A stretch of 52,544 bases of DNA from a virus (lineage: Duplodnaviria; Caudoviricetes). Position 1 is the stretch's first letter. Each line of letters opens with the position of its first letter. Shown here piece after piece: positions 1 through 9,135 of the stretch. The stretch lies in IMG/VR virus record IMGVR_UViG_3300013188_000002, positions 1-52,544 of that record; one strand, 5' to 3'. The notes beneath the pieces were generated by a model. That model was not told the origin of the DNA and did not search any database. It worked only from the letters and a program-made list of their open reading frames with translations. The position numbers were made by a program, and so were the translations under genes.

Positions 1-1
1 C

Positions 2-370
2 GGAGGCGGCGGAGGCGGAGCAGGCTCAGCAGGATTTTTATCAAACGGCGGAGCAGGCACACAAGGTGACGGCGGATTTGGGCTTAGCAAATCAAACTAC
101 TCGCAGTTTGGCGCATCTGGTGTATTTGCTGGCGGCGGCGGTGGTCATACAGATGGCAGAGCTTCTCCGTTTGTTGGTACTAATACTTCAGGAGGCGCTG
201 GCGGCGGAGGTAATGGCGGGCGGTATGTCACCGGTAGCGGTTCCAGTGACTTAAATGCTACGGCAGGCTCAACTAACACTGGTGGCGGAGGCGGCGGCGC
301 TTACGGAGCCAGTTCTTCACTAGCAGCCGCCGGTGGTTCTGGCGTAGTAATTATTAGGTATATCGAGTAG
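2..370 (+). CDS. C-terminal part of glycine-rich tail fibre/adhesin (5' truncated by window edge)
   Basis: Open frame from nt 2 reads GGGGGGAGSAG...NTGGGGGG...GGSGVVIIRYIE*; GGSGVVIIRY is a typical end of phage Gly-rich fibre domains. Not in the ORF track. Confidence 0.85.
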   Translation, partial: GGGGGGAGSAGFLSNGGAGTQGDGGFGLSKSNYSQFGASGVFAGGGGGHTDGRASPFVGTNTSGGAGGGGNGGRYVTGSGSSDLNATAGSTNTGGGGGGAYGASSSLAAAGGSGVVIIRYIE

Positions 371-380
371 GGAGAGCAAC

Positions 381-770
381 ATGGCACATTATGCAAAAGT
401 AGTTAACGGCATTGTCGCTCAAGTAATTGTTGCTGAGCCTGAGTTTTTTGATACGTTTGTAGACGATACTCCAGGTGAGTGGGTAAAAACTAGCTATAAT
501 ATGAGAGGCGGAGTTTATTATGATCCAAGCACAAATACTCCTGCAGAAGATCAGTCAGTTATAACAGGTGATGAAGCCAGAGAACGTAAAAATTATGCGT
601 CTATCGGAGATGTTTATGACTCCGCTGCAGATGTTTTTTACAAGCCGCAGCCGTTTGATAGCTGGACATTAAACACAACAAGTTATGTATGGGAGGCACC
701 TGTAGCCTATCCTGATAGCGGCTTCCACCTTTGGAATGAAACAGAACAACGCTGGGATGAGGTGACATAA
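381..770 (+). CDS. Conserved phage protein associated with tail-fibre genes (MAHYAKV...V..VIV type)
   Basis: SD GGGAG upstream; Trp/Pro-rich C-terminus (PQPFDSWTLN..W.AP...W.E....W); lies between two fibre genes. Confidence 0.75.
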   Translation: MAHYAKVVNGIVAQVIVAEPEFFDTFVDDTPGEWVKTSYNMRGGVYYDPSTNTPAEDQSVITGDEARERKNYASIGDVYDSAADVFYKPQPFDSWTLNTTSYVWEAPVAYPDSGFHLWNETEQRWDEVT

Positions 771-1951
771 TGGGCGTAAAAGTAGAAAATAATGCCTTCG
801 GCACGCTAAGTGCTGGGATAACTACTTCTGACACTACTGTCACACTGGACTCAGGTGAAGGCGCACGTTTCCCCACACTTGGCTCGGGCGATTATTTTTA
901 CGCCACGATTGTCGATACCAGCAACAATCTAGAGATTGTAAAAGTCACTGCTAGGTCTACTGACTCTATGACTGTAACTCGTGCGCAAGATGGTACTACA
1001 GCTCGTGCGTTTTCTATTGGTGACCGCTTTGAACTTCGCCCTGTAGCTGCGTTGTTTGAAGATATTGATATTAGAGGTTCTGGAGGTACAATTTCTGGTA
1101 ACGTAGATATAGATTCTTCTGGCGCTGAACCTCTTACTATTACAGGTACAGACGCTACACAAACTCGTGTACAACTTATAAATACAACTAGCGGAGTTGA
1201 CTACACTTACGTCCAAGCAAGGACAGACGCTGGTTCAGGTTATTTTATCCACAACGGTACGGGTCAAGGTAACGGTCTTGCATCTAATGAGACTTATCTA
1301 TGGTCGGATAATGGTAAAATATCTCTTATCCCAAACAGTACTATCGCTAACAAACTAGAAGTAGCTACCAATGGTGATGTTACTGTAAATGGTAAAGTAT
1401 TTGGCGGTGGACTAGTTTTATTAGGTCAATCATCTTGGACTACTAATACTACTGGTGCTAGTTTTGACGTTTTTGACTACACAAAGTATTCGAACTATTT
1501 ACTGACTTGGATTGTAAGTCATTCTCCTGTCTGGGAGCATACATATTTTAGGTTTAGAAATAGTAGTGGAGATATAACTACTGCTAGTGCATACAACGGT
1601 GTAACCGCTTGGTACGGTTCAAGTCAGACTGATGGTCATCCTACTTACAACAGTAGCGGAAACTTTGGAGGATCGCGAAATCATATATGGATGGCCGGTA
1701 ACGGTACGGGATACTCATCACATGGAATGGCTATAATTAGTATTCCTCACAATGGAGCTTATGCTAGAGCTGCTATACGAGGAGATTCTCAACTTGTTTA
1801 CAGGAATAGTACTGTTCACTATTTAGAACAATTTAGCGGCGCACTTTCATTGTCTAATCCCCATACGGCTATAACAGGCTGTTCTGTATTCGGCTCTGGA
1901 GGCAACAGTGAATATGGGTCTGTTGAGATATTCGGAATTGAGAGGGGGTAA
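770..1951 (+). CDS. Tail fibre / receptor-binding protein
   Basis: N-terminal ~95 aa (NNAFGTLSAGIT...EIVKVTARSTD...RAQD.TTARAF.IGDR.ELR) paralogous to 51765 gene; beta-rich S/T/G/N C-terminus. Confidence 0.8.
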   Translation: MGVKVENNAFGTLSAGITTSDTTVTLDSGEGARFPTLGSGDYFYATIVDTSNNLEIVKVTARSTDSMTVTRAQDGTTARAFSIGDRFELRPVAALFEDIDIRGSGGTISGNVDIDSSGAEPLTITGTDATQTRVQLINTTSGVDYTYVQARTDAGSGYFIHNGTGQGNGLASNETYLWSDNGKISLIPNSTIANKLEVATNGDVTVNGKVFGGGLVLLGQSSWTTNTTGASFDVFDYTKYSNYLLTWIVSHSPVWEHTYFRFRNSSGDITTASAYNGVTAWYGSSQTDGHPTYNSSGNFGGSRNHIWMAGNGTGYSSHGMAIISIPHNGAYARAAIRGDSQLVYRNSTVHYLEQFSGALSLSNPHTAITGCSVFGSGGNSEYGSVEIFGIERG

Positions 1952-1953
1952 TT

Positions 1954-2253
1954 ATGGCTGAGCAATATTACCAAATAATAAATGGCGAGCGAGTAGAGAT
2001 TACAGGTGACGACCTTACTGCTAGAAAAGCTGAATGGGCGTCTGAGAACGCACAATCTGATGCTCGGGCATTAGACTTTCTTAGGAACGATCGTAATAAT
2101 TTACTAGCACAATCCGATTGGGTAGTTGTTAGAGCACAAGAAGACGGTACGGCAGTACCAGCAGCTTGGGTCACATACAGGCAAGCACTACGAGATATAA
2201 CTAACACCTATTCAAACGTAGAAGAAGTAGTGTGGCCGGAGAAACCAGAATGA
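1954..2253 (+). CDS. Tail fibre assembly chaperone
   Basis: LR..RN.LL..SDW...W..YRQALRDIT....WP..P motif, directly after fibre gene. Confidence 0.85.
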   Translation: MAEQYYQIINGERVEITGDDLTARKAEWASENAQSDARALDFLRNDRNNLLAQSDWVVVRAQEDGTAVPAAWVTYRQALRDITNTYSNVEEVVWPEKPE

Positions 2254-2429
2254 AGCGTACTCCTCTATATATGTTTCCTAACGGCACGTTTGCTAGAACA
2301 GCAGACAAAGTGCCTGATGATTGCGTGTTAGTGGAAGAACCAGAGTTACCGGATGAGCCGGAAGTAAAGATAGAAGATCAAACTCAAGCTGTATTGGAGG
2401 CAGAGCGTGGCGAGAATGACAGTCGCTGA
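2250..2429 (+). CDS. Hypothetical acidic protein
   Basis: ATGA overlap with upstream stop at 2250 (MKRTPLY...). Confidence 0.6.
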   Translation: MKRTPLYMFPNGTFARTADKVPDDCVLVEEPELPDEPEVKIEDQTQAVLEAERGENDSR

Positions 2430-2589
2430 GATACAGCAAGAACTTCTCACACATGAAGCTGTGTGTGCTGAACGGTATAATACGTTTATAACTCGTGTTG
2501 ATCGGCTTGAACGTATTTTGATTGTGGCATGTGGCACAATCATTGTCGGACTAGCGTCCATCCTTAGTGCAATTCTAATAGGAGGCTGA
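2407..2589 (+). CDS. Small membrane protein (coiled coil plus C-terminal TM)
   Basis: HEAVCAERY...RLE followed by one hydrophobic helix; true start may be ATG 2416. Confidence 0.7.
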   Translation: MARMTVAEIQQELLTHEAVCAERYNTFITRVDRLERILIVACGTIIVGLASILSAILIGG

Positions 2590-2590
2590 T

Positions 2591-2761
2591 ATGCCAGGAT
2601 ACGGAATGTCGAAAGACAAAAAGAAAAAAGTTGCTTCTTACAAAAAAGGTGGCGAAGTAAAAAAAGCTAGTGCTTCTGCAGGGTTCAAGATGTGCCCTCA
2701 GTGTAAGACTAAGCGTGCTTGTGCCATTGCTAAGAAGTGCATGAAAAAAGTTTATGCATAG
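2591..2761 (+). CDS. Small basic Cys-containing protein (56 aa)
   Basis: GGAGG SD at 2581; MPGYGMSKDKKKKVASYKKGGEVKK...CPQC...C....C; below ORF-track cutoff. Confidence 0.75.
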   Translation: MPGYGMSKDKKKKVASYKKGGEVKKASASAGFKMCPQCKTKRACAIAKKCMKKVYA

Positions 2762-2764
2762 CAC

Positions 2765-3214
2765 ATGCTAGCAGAACTTGCTGCCGCTAACGCTGCTTTC
2801 TCAGTTATAAAGTCAGCTGTACAGAACGGCGCAGATTTGACCCGCTGTGCGAAGCAAGTCGGTCAGCTAGTTAGCGCGAAAGAGGATCTGCAAAAGAAGG
2901 TAAATAAGAAAAAGGCTACGCATCAGACAAATGACTTTGAAGAGTTTATGGCGCTTGAGCGTATCCGAGAGCAAGAGGAGCAACTGAAACAACTAATGAT
3001 CTATGTGGGAAGGCCAGGTTTACTTAGTGATTGGCAGAAGTTTCAAAAAGACGCCCGAGTAGCCCGTAGAGAAGCTGAGCTAGCTGCTGAACGTAGACGG
3101 GAAAGAATCATAGAATATGTTGGTGCAGGAGTTCTAGCTCTAATTTTAATAGCGGTACTTGCTGCGTTTGCTGCATGGGTAGCATGGCTAAAAGGATGGA
3201 TAAAATGGCCGTAA
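2765..3214 (+). CDS. Hypothetical protein, coiled coil with C-terminal TM helix
   Basis: ORF track; operon-like packing; hydrophobic C-terminus. Confidence 0.75.
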   Translation: MLAELAAANAAFSVIKSAVQNGADLTRCAKQVGQLVSAKEDLQKKVNKKKATHQTNDFEEFMALERIREQEEQLKQLMIYVGRPGLLSDWQKFQKDARVARREAELAAERRRERIIEYVGAGVLALILIAVLAAFAAWVAWLKGWIKWP

Positions 3215-3522
3215 GGAAAAAGCTAGAAGAGGCATCTAAGTACGCAGACTATGACACAGACGGCGACGGTACTGTAACTGATGCTGAAATCGCCAGAGCA
3301 AAAGAAATTAAGGCCACAGAAGATGAACTGCGCAAGCATCTAGCACAACTACGCATGGCTAGGTATACGTTAGTAGCTATGGGTGCTTTTACAGCTGGCA
3401 TGTTTTTTGTGCCTATAGAGCGTGTAGAAGCACTCTCTGACATAAGTAATTTATTCTACATAAGTGGTGCAGGTATTGTCGGCGCGTATATGGGTGCTAC
3501 TGCGTGGATGAGTAGGAAGTGA
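3205..3522 (+). CDS. EF-hand-loop membrane protein (2 TM), possibly lysis related
   Basis: DTDGDGTVTDAE loop plus two hydrophobic segments; ATG 3205 follows AGGATGG. Confidence 0.7.
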   Translation: MAVRKKLEEASKYADYDTDGDGTVTDAEIARAKEIKATEDELRKHLAQLRMARYTLVAMGAFTAGMFFVPIERVEALSDISNLFYISGAGIVGAYMGATAWMSRK

Positions 3523-3529
3523 TAAATGT

Positions 3530-3928
3530 ATGGCAGCTAAGCTTAGTGAGAATACAGAGGTAGCGTTACCACTTCGGAACATTATTTCGATGGTGGTTGC
3601 CGCATCTGTTGCTACTTGGGCTTACTTTGGCATCATAGAACGTCTTAACCAGATAGAGACTAACATCACTATGATGAAGTCAGATCTGGAGCATAACACA
3701 GAATTTAGAATTAAGTGGCCGCGAGGCGAGATGGGCAGTCTACCCGCCGACAGTGAGCAGTTCATGCTCATTGAACACCTTGCACAGCAGCTCGATGAGT
3801 TAGCTACACAGATAGACGAAGGCCGTGCGCCGCACGACCAACAACAAAAACTTACTTTAGATTTTTATGAAAAACGCATCGCAGGGCTAGAAGCTCAGAT
3901 AGAAAAGCTGAGAAATAGGAGTAAGTGA
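3530..3928 (+). CDS. Hypothetical membrane-anchored coiled-coil protein
   Basis: N-terminal TM then heptad-rich sequence. Confidence 0.75.
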   Translation: MAAKLSENTEVALPLRNIISMVVAASVATWAYFGIIERLNQIETNITMMKSDLEHNTEFRIKWPRGEMGSLPADSEQFMLIEHLAQQLDELATQIDEGRAPHDQQQKLTLDFYEKRIAGLEAQIEKLRNRSK

Positions 3929-4146
3929 TGGGTGTAATAACTATAGTTCTTATTTTATACCTAGGCGGCGAAGCTATAGAGTACACACAAAGAGGCAGTA
4001 TATCTGAGTGTCTAGGAGTAAAGCGTAAGATTGAGCGTCTAGGGTGGAAAGACACACGCAACACTAGATACGCATGTGAAAAACGTGAAGTGGAACTTGA
4101 AACCGGCCCAGACGGTAAGCCACAAGTTGTAAAGTTATTAGATTAG
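3928..4146 (+). CDS. Small hypothetical protein with hydrophobic N-terminus and two Cys
   Basis: SD AGGAG; start overlaps upstream TGA. Confidence 0.7.
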   Translation: MGVITIVLILYLGGEAIEYTQRGSISECLGVKRKIERLGWKDTRNTRYACEKREVELETGPDGKPQVVKLLD

Positions 4147-4161
4147 GAGGAGGATGTACAG

Positions 4162-4557
4162 ATGTTACAAGCGTTAATTGGCCCTGTTACAGGGATTCTT
4201 GATAAGTTTATCGAGGACAAAGACCAGAAAGCTAAGCTCGCTCACGAGATAGCTACTATGGCAGAAAAACAAATGCACGAGCAGGCAATGGGCCAGCTTG
4301 AGATCAATAAGATGGAGGCGCAACACAGGAGCATATTTGTGGCTGGCTGGCGACCATTTTTGGGTTGGGGGCTTTCGTTTGCCATGATATGGCACTTTGT
4401 TCTGGTGCCTATGGTTACGTTTGGTTTTGCATACGCAGGTATGGAAGCCCCTGATTTACCAGCGTTTGACATGGACTCGCTGATGACTGTACTACTGGGG
4501 ATGCTCGGACTCGGAGGACTCCGTAGCTTCGAAAAAGCAAAAGGATTGACTAAATGA
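4162..4557 (+). CDS. Holin (3TM, GTA-holin-like family)
   Basis: FVAGWRPFLGW and LLGMLGLGGLRSFEK motifs; immediately upstream of endolysin; SD AGGAGG. Confidence 0.85.
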   Translation: MLQALIGPVTGILDKFIEDKDQKAKLAHEIATMAEKQMHEQAMGQLEINKMEAQHRSIFVAGWRPFLGWGLSFAMIWHFVLVPMVTFGFAYAGMEAPDLPAFDMDSLMTVLLGMLGLGGLRSFEKAKGLTK

Positions 4558-5066
4558 AAGATAACTTTGGTAAGTGCCTAACACTAATTTTACATCATGA
4601 AGGGGGCTATGTTAACCACCCCCGAGATCCAGGCGGTGAAACCAACCTTGGTGTTACTAAACGCGTCTACGAAGAATGGGGCGGTACTAAGGATATGAAG
4701 GATCTTACAGTAGAAGATGTTGCTCCAATATACGAAAAAAACTACTGGCTAAGAGCAAAATGCCAGCATCTTCCTGCGGGCCTTGACCTTGCCGTTTTTG
4801 ATTGGAGTGTAAATTCTGGGGTTGGTAGAGCTGCTAAAAAACTACAAGCTATGATTGGCACAGAAGTAGACGGAGGCATCGGCCCCAATACTTTACGCAC
4901 ACTAGATGAGTATATCGAACACCACGGTATAGAGAAAACGATTGAAAATTACAGAAAAATACGGCAAGATTTCTATGAGTCTTTATCTACGTTTGATACG
5001 TTTGGTAAAGGCTGGACTCGTAGAAACGAAGAAACCTGCGAGGCTGCTTTGGGAATGGTACAGTAA
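4554..5066 (+). CDS. Endolysin, glycoside hydrolase family 108 with peptidoglycan-binding C-terminus
   Basis: HEGGYVNHPRDPGGETNLGVT, FD..VNSG, DG.IGP.T and FGKGW.RR motifs. Confidence 0.93.
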   Translation: MKDNFGKCLTLILHHEGGYVNHPRDPGGETNLGVTKRVYEEWGGTKDMKDLTVEDVAPIYEKNYWLRAKCQHLPAGLDLAVFDWSVNSGVGRAAKKLQAMIGTEVDGGIGPNTLRTLDEYIEHHGIEKTIENYRKIRQDFYESLSTFDTFGKGWTRRNEETCEAALGMVQ

Positions 5067-7438
5067 TGGCGTCAGTAAAGCTTACAAAGTTTCTAGGTGA
5101 AGCACCTAAAATTTCATCAGAGCTATTGCCTGACGGCGTGGCTCAAGAAGCATTTAACGTTAAGCTTTATTCAGGCGATTTACTTCCCTACCGCACACCA
5201 AAGGACGTAGACAGTACAGAACGATCTGTAGAAGCTAAAACTTTACACGCTTTGCGCGATCCTGTTACAGATGCTCTTGTGTGGTTATCTTGGACTACTG
5301 ACGTAGATATTGCTGTCGCGTCTGACAGTGATGACAATGCTCAGCGGTTTTACTACACAGGAGACGGAGAGCCTAAAGTATCTGACTATGCTTTAGCTAC
5401 TAGCGGTAGTGAGCCGTATCCTGTGTCTAACGGGTATTATGACCTTGGACTGCCGCTGCCAACTACTAAAGTCACCGTAGCGGCCACATCTTTTACTGTT
5501 GTAAATTCAACACACTATGAACGAGATAGTGGCAATACTGCAACATTTTACGGTAGCACTGCCCACAACTTACGCACAGGTAATATCGTAACTGTTCGTG
5601 ACTTCGGCACATCTGATGAAGCTAAAGGGTTTAACGCTAAGAATGTTGAGGTCACAGTAACAAGTGACAATAACTTTCAGTATTTTAGTTCTGGCGATCA
5701 GGTTGCTAAGACAGCTAACACTACAGGCCGCGCTGACTTGGCCGGTAACACGCAGATCAGAACGTATGTTTACACTTGGGTTACACCGTGGGACGAAGAA
5801 TCTATCCCATCTAACGTATCTAACGAATTATATATTAAAGAAGGCCAGACAGTTACTGTTTCCTCCCTGCCCCAGACTGCACCGACTGGGGACAACTTTA
5901 TCCGTGGCGTTAGGCTGTACCGAAGCGTTGCTTCTGCGTCTGCCACGGATTTCTTTTTACTTGCTACGTTGTGGTTTCCTACAACTGTCGCTGAGTTTTC
6001 GCGTACTAGTAATGTATCTAGCCTTACTTTATCTAAACCCCATAATTTTATTAAAGACGACAGATTCAAATTAAGTGGGTGTTCTGACGCTAGTTTTGAC
6101 ATTACTGACGGTGTAGTAACAGAAGTTGTAGATGATTTTACATTTAAGTATGCGCAGACTGCTACTGATGTAGGGACAACTAATGCATCTGCTGGCACTG
6201 TTTTCCACGATGTGTCTGAATCTTTGGACGACCCTGCTCGATATTGGGGAGATTCTAGCTTTGATTTTACAGATGATTTTCTAGTATCTAGCTTGGATAC
6301 AATTATTCCATCCGAGGAATATGATCCTCCACCTACAAATATGAGAGGCTTGATTGCAGCTCACAATAATATTCTTGTAGGGTTTTTTGGTAATCAGCTG
6401 TGTTTTTCTTTTCCTGATAAACCACATGCGTGGCCCGAAAAATACAGGCTTACGTTCGACGCTGACATTGTAGGTATTGCAGCCGCAGCTGGATATATAC
6501 TTGTTCTCACAGAAGAGTATCCGTTTCAGGTATCAGGTAATGATCCAGCCACAATGGTGTCTGCACGTATTGATACGTTGTATCCGTGTTACTCTAAGAG
6601 ATCTATTGTAAACATGGGCTATGGCGTTGTGTGGTCTACTCACGGCGGACTTGCTACATGGAGTCCTACAACAGGTATTGATCTTATCACTAAGTTTGTC
6701 CACGATTGGGATACATGGAATGAAGCGCTAGATCCAAGTACTATTGTAGGCCATTTCCACGACGGTAAATATTTTGGGTCGCACAGTACTAAGTCATTTA
6801 TTTTTGAGCGTGACGATAAGGTAGGCGGGTTTTTTGTACAAATTCAATATAAGTTTAGTGCAGCGTACTCAGATCCTAAAACTGGCACTATGTATTATAC
6901 TGAAGGTGCTGACGGAGAAATTTACGAGTGGGATAACGAAGGCGAAGTTTTATCCCCTATGGAATGGAAATCTAAAACTATTGTTACCAAAGACTATCTT
7001 AATTTAGGAGCCTTTAGAGTTGTAGCTGACTATGATGCTAGTGCTGAAGAAACCCAGAATATTACTAACTATAACAATAGCCTTGCTAACCTCAATCAAG
7101 TTATCTGGAATAGAAGCCAGCAATTAGCACCGATAAATGGCCCAACGCATTATGTATCTGGTGGTGTAACGTTTACACCAAGTGGTACTCTTAACGCTTT
7201 TACTGTAAACGGCGACCCTCAAACTTCCTATCCTAAAGCTAATACAGGCACACAGCCTGTAACGTTTAGACTTTGGGTAGACAAAAGTCTTGTGTTTCAA
7301 GGTGTAGTTGCAACAAATGATATATTTAGATTGCCTACAGGCTATCGTTCGGATACATTTGAGGTAGGGGTGTCAGGTTCCGCTAGAGTGCGTGCTATAC
7401 ATTTTGGCGAGACGCCCTATGGATTGAGGACATCATAA
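5066..7438 (+). CDS. Tail nozzle / tail tubular (stabilisation) protein
   Basis: 790 aa beta-rich; YVYTWVT..EES.PS and FS....PHAWP motifs; precedes internal virion genes. Confidence 0.75.
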   Translation: MASVKLTKFLGEAPKISSELLPDGVAQEAFNVKLYSGDLLPYRTPKDVDSTERSVEAKTLHALRDPVTDALVWLSWTTDVDIAVASDSDDNAQRFYYTGDGEPKVSDYALATSGSEPYPVSNGYYDLGLPLPTTKVTVAATSFTVVNSTHYERDSGNTATFYGSTAHNLRTGNIVTVRDFGTSDEAKGFNAKNVEVTVTSDNNFQYFSSGDQVAKTANTTGRADLAGNTQIRTYVYTWVTPWDEESIPSNVSNELYIKEGQTVTVSSLPQTAPTGDNFIRGVRLYRSVASASATDFFLLATLWFPTTVAEFSRTSNVSSLTLSKPHNFIKDDRFKLSGCSDASFDITDGVVTEVVDDFTFKYAQTATDVGTTNASAGTVFHDVSESLDDPARYWGDSSFDFTDDFLVSSLDTIIPSEEYDPPPTNMRGLIAAHNNILVGFFGNQLCFSFPDKPHAWPEKYRLTFDADIVGIAAAAGYILVLTEEYPFQVSGNDPATMVSARIDTLYPCYSKRSIVNMGYGVVWSTHGGLATWSPTTGIDLITKFVHDWDTWNEALDPSTIVGHFHDGKYFGSHSTKSFIFERDDKVGGFFVQIQYKFSAAYSDPKTGTMYYTEGADGEIYEWDNEGEVLSPMEWKSKTIVTKDYLNLGAFRVVADYDASAEETQNITNYNNSLANLNQVIWNRSQQLAPINGPTHYVSGGVTFTPSGTLNAFTVNGDPQTSYPKANTGTQPVTFRLWVDKSLVFQGVVATNDIFRLPTGYRSDTFEVGVSGSARVRAIHFGETPYGLRTS

Positions 7439-7785
7439 TGGCGAGGTTTACAGCTATACCAGCAGTTCCCCAAGGTGGGATTACAGATTGGCAGAGTGTA
7501 CTTATTAGCTCTGTTAAAGAAAACGTTGAGCTTCTTACAGGACTTCGCGGCGAAGCTGACCTTGCTAGTAAAGCTATTACCAAAGGCCAAATAACTTTAC
7601 TTGAGATGCCTGATCAAAATATGAGGCAAATATCTTCTAAAGGTTCAGGCTTTACAATCAGCGGCCAACAGGTTGCTGGACTTGACGACTATGGTTTGCT
7701 ATTAACAGATGTGCAAACTTTAGCAAATGACCTTGCGTTCACTAGAGCTGTAGTAAACGCGTTAATTAACCAGCTTAAAGGATGA
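7438..7785 (+). CDS. Hypothetical virion-associated protein
   Basis: Translationally coupled to nozzle gene. Confidence 0.7.
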   Translation: MARFTAIPAVPQGGITDWQSVLISSVKENVELLTGLRGEADLASKAITKGQITLLEMPDQNMRQISSKGSGFTISGQQVAGLDDYGLLLTDVQTLANDLAFTRAVVNALINQLKG

Positions 7786-7791
7786 TGTGAC

Positions 7792-8649
7792 ATGGCTATG
7801 AGACCTACAACACCACCCGCAGGCATGGCACCTGTTCCTGTCATGGCTGGCGGCGCAACCCCTGCAGCAATACCGACTACTGTTTCTATGGATTTACCAC
7901 CAAGTATTCAGCAACTTATTGCTGCACCTTCTCCTGCTGTAAACGAACAAGCTGTAGGAACTATACCTACAGGTACAGCAAACACAAACCCACAGTTTCC
8001 GGTTCTTGATTTTCGTATGCAACCTTCTTACGAGGAAGGCGGTCTGATTGGCCCTAGTGGTATGCCAGCCCCTACAGGCGTAGGATTGCAGACTCAGGCA
8101 CCTCAGCAGATGAACTCGCAGATGGCTGACATGCAGATCAATGACATGCTTAGCAAGAACCCTGAAGTTGTAGCCCGTATTCGTGCTGCTATCGAAGCAG
8201 GTTTGCAGTCAGGTGAGCTATCACAACAGGAACTACAGATGGCCACGCAGCTTGCGCAGGTTGCATTGCAGAACCCACAGATGTACCCGCAGCTCCGTCA
8301 GTTTGCTATTGATCGCGGACTAGCTGGGCCTAATGACCTACCTATGGAATATGACCAAGGTCTAGTTATTGCACTTGTTACTGCAGCGAAAGCTATGCAG
8401 GCCGATGTACAGATCGAAGGCGGACAGCCAATGCCGCAACAACCTCCGGTACAGGAAATGGAGTTTGGCGGATTGCTTGTTGGCCCCTCTCACGACCAAG
8501 GTGGCATCCGCGTTAAGATGAAACACGGCGGCGAGATTGAAGCCGAAGGCGGTGAGTACGTTATTCCTAAAGACATTGTAGCCCGTAAAGGCACAGAGTT
8601 TTTTGATAGACTAATTGGTAAAGATACTAAAAAGACAGATATGGCATGA
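7792..8649 (+). CDS. Pro/Gln/Met-rich virion protein with GPSH..GG and EGGEYVIP motifs
   Basis: C-terminal G.SH..GG...EAEGGEYVIP resembles motifs in phage ejection and tape-measure proteins. Confidence 0.65.
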   Translation: MAMRPTTPPAGMAPVPVMAGGATPAAIPTTVSMDLPPSIQQLIAAPSPAVNEQAVGTIPTGTANTNPQFPVLDFRMQPSYEEGGLIGPSGMPAPTGVGLQTQAPQQMNSQMADMQINDMLSKNPEVVARIRAAIEAGLQSGELSQQELQMATQLAQVALQNPQMYPQLRQFAIDRGLAGPNDLPMEYDQGLVIALVTAAKAMQADVQIEGGQPMPQQPPVQEMEFGGLLVGPSHDQGGIRVKMKHGGEIEAEGGEYVIPKDIVARKGTEFFDRLIGKDTKKTDMA

Positions 8650-9134
8650 GCTTACAAGTAGTAGAAAAACAAAAACCGGAGAGTCTCGCACCCAAAAAGT
8701 ACGAGGCTATTCTGCTATCTACGCAAGAGGCTTATGATAAGTACTGGGCGCAGTGCGTACCCCACCTACAGAAGTGTATAGAAGGTATGCATGGTGAGCT
8801 TACTGTCGAAGATATATACACCAGAGCATTGCAAGGTCAGATGTTTGTCCTTGTGGCTAAGAACGACGACACGGAAGTGCCTGAGGTAAAGTTAGTTTTG
8901 GTTATGGAATTGGTGTACTACCCACAGTACACCACAATGAACGTGGTTGCGATGGGCGGCAAAGACTTACGCCACCTTATCAAGCTGTTCTGGAAAGACG
9001 TTTGTGGGTGGGCGCGAATTTGCGGCGTCAAAAAAATTGAATGTTCAGTAGCACCAGCTATGGAGCGCATCCTGCTAAGTACTGGTTTTGAACGCAAATA
9101 TGTCCAGTTACAACAGGATTTAATGGAGGTCTAA
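8646..9134 (+). CDS. Putative GNAT-fold protein (podovirus internal-virion locus)
   Basis: WAR..G..KIE....AMER.L...GF pattern typical of GNAT C-termini; located before ejection genes. Confidence 0.55.
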   Translation: MSLQVVEKQKPESLAPKKYEAILLSTQEAYDKYWAQCVPHLQKCIEGMHGELTVEDIYTRALQGQMFVLVAKNDDTEVPEVKLVLVMELVYYPQYTTMNVVAMGGKDLRHLIKLFWKDVCGWARICGVKKIECSVAPAMERILLSTGFERKYVQLQQDLMEV

Positions 9135-9135
9135 A

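Noticed and set aside
1-21. Match to 52491-52507 as a terminal repeat
   Set aside because: Only a Gly-codon repeat; flanks differ and it is not at the extreme end
66-254. 62-aa ORF in the track
   Set aside because: Shadow frame of the Gly-rich fibre C-terminus that reads from nt 2 to 370
770-1951. Diversity-generating retroelement or invertible tail-fibre switch
   Set aside because: No reverse transcriptase or invertase, and no template/variable repeat pair; the duplication is at the N-terminal anchor in direct orientation
3530-4146. Rz/Rz1 spanin pair
   Set aside because: No lipobox Cys after a signal peptide in the second ORF, so the assignment is unsupported
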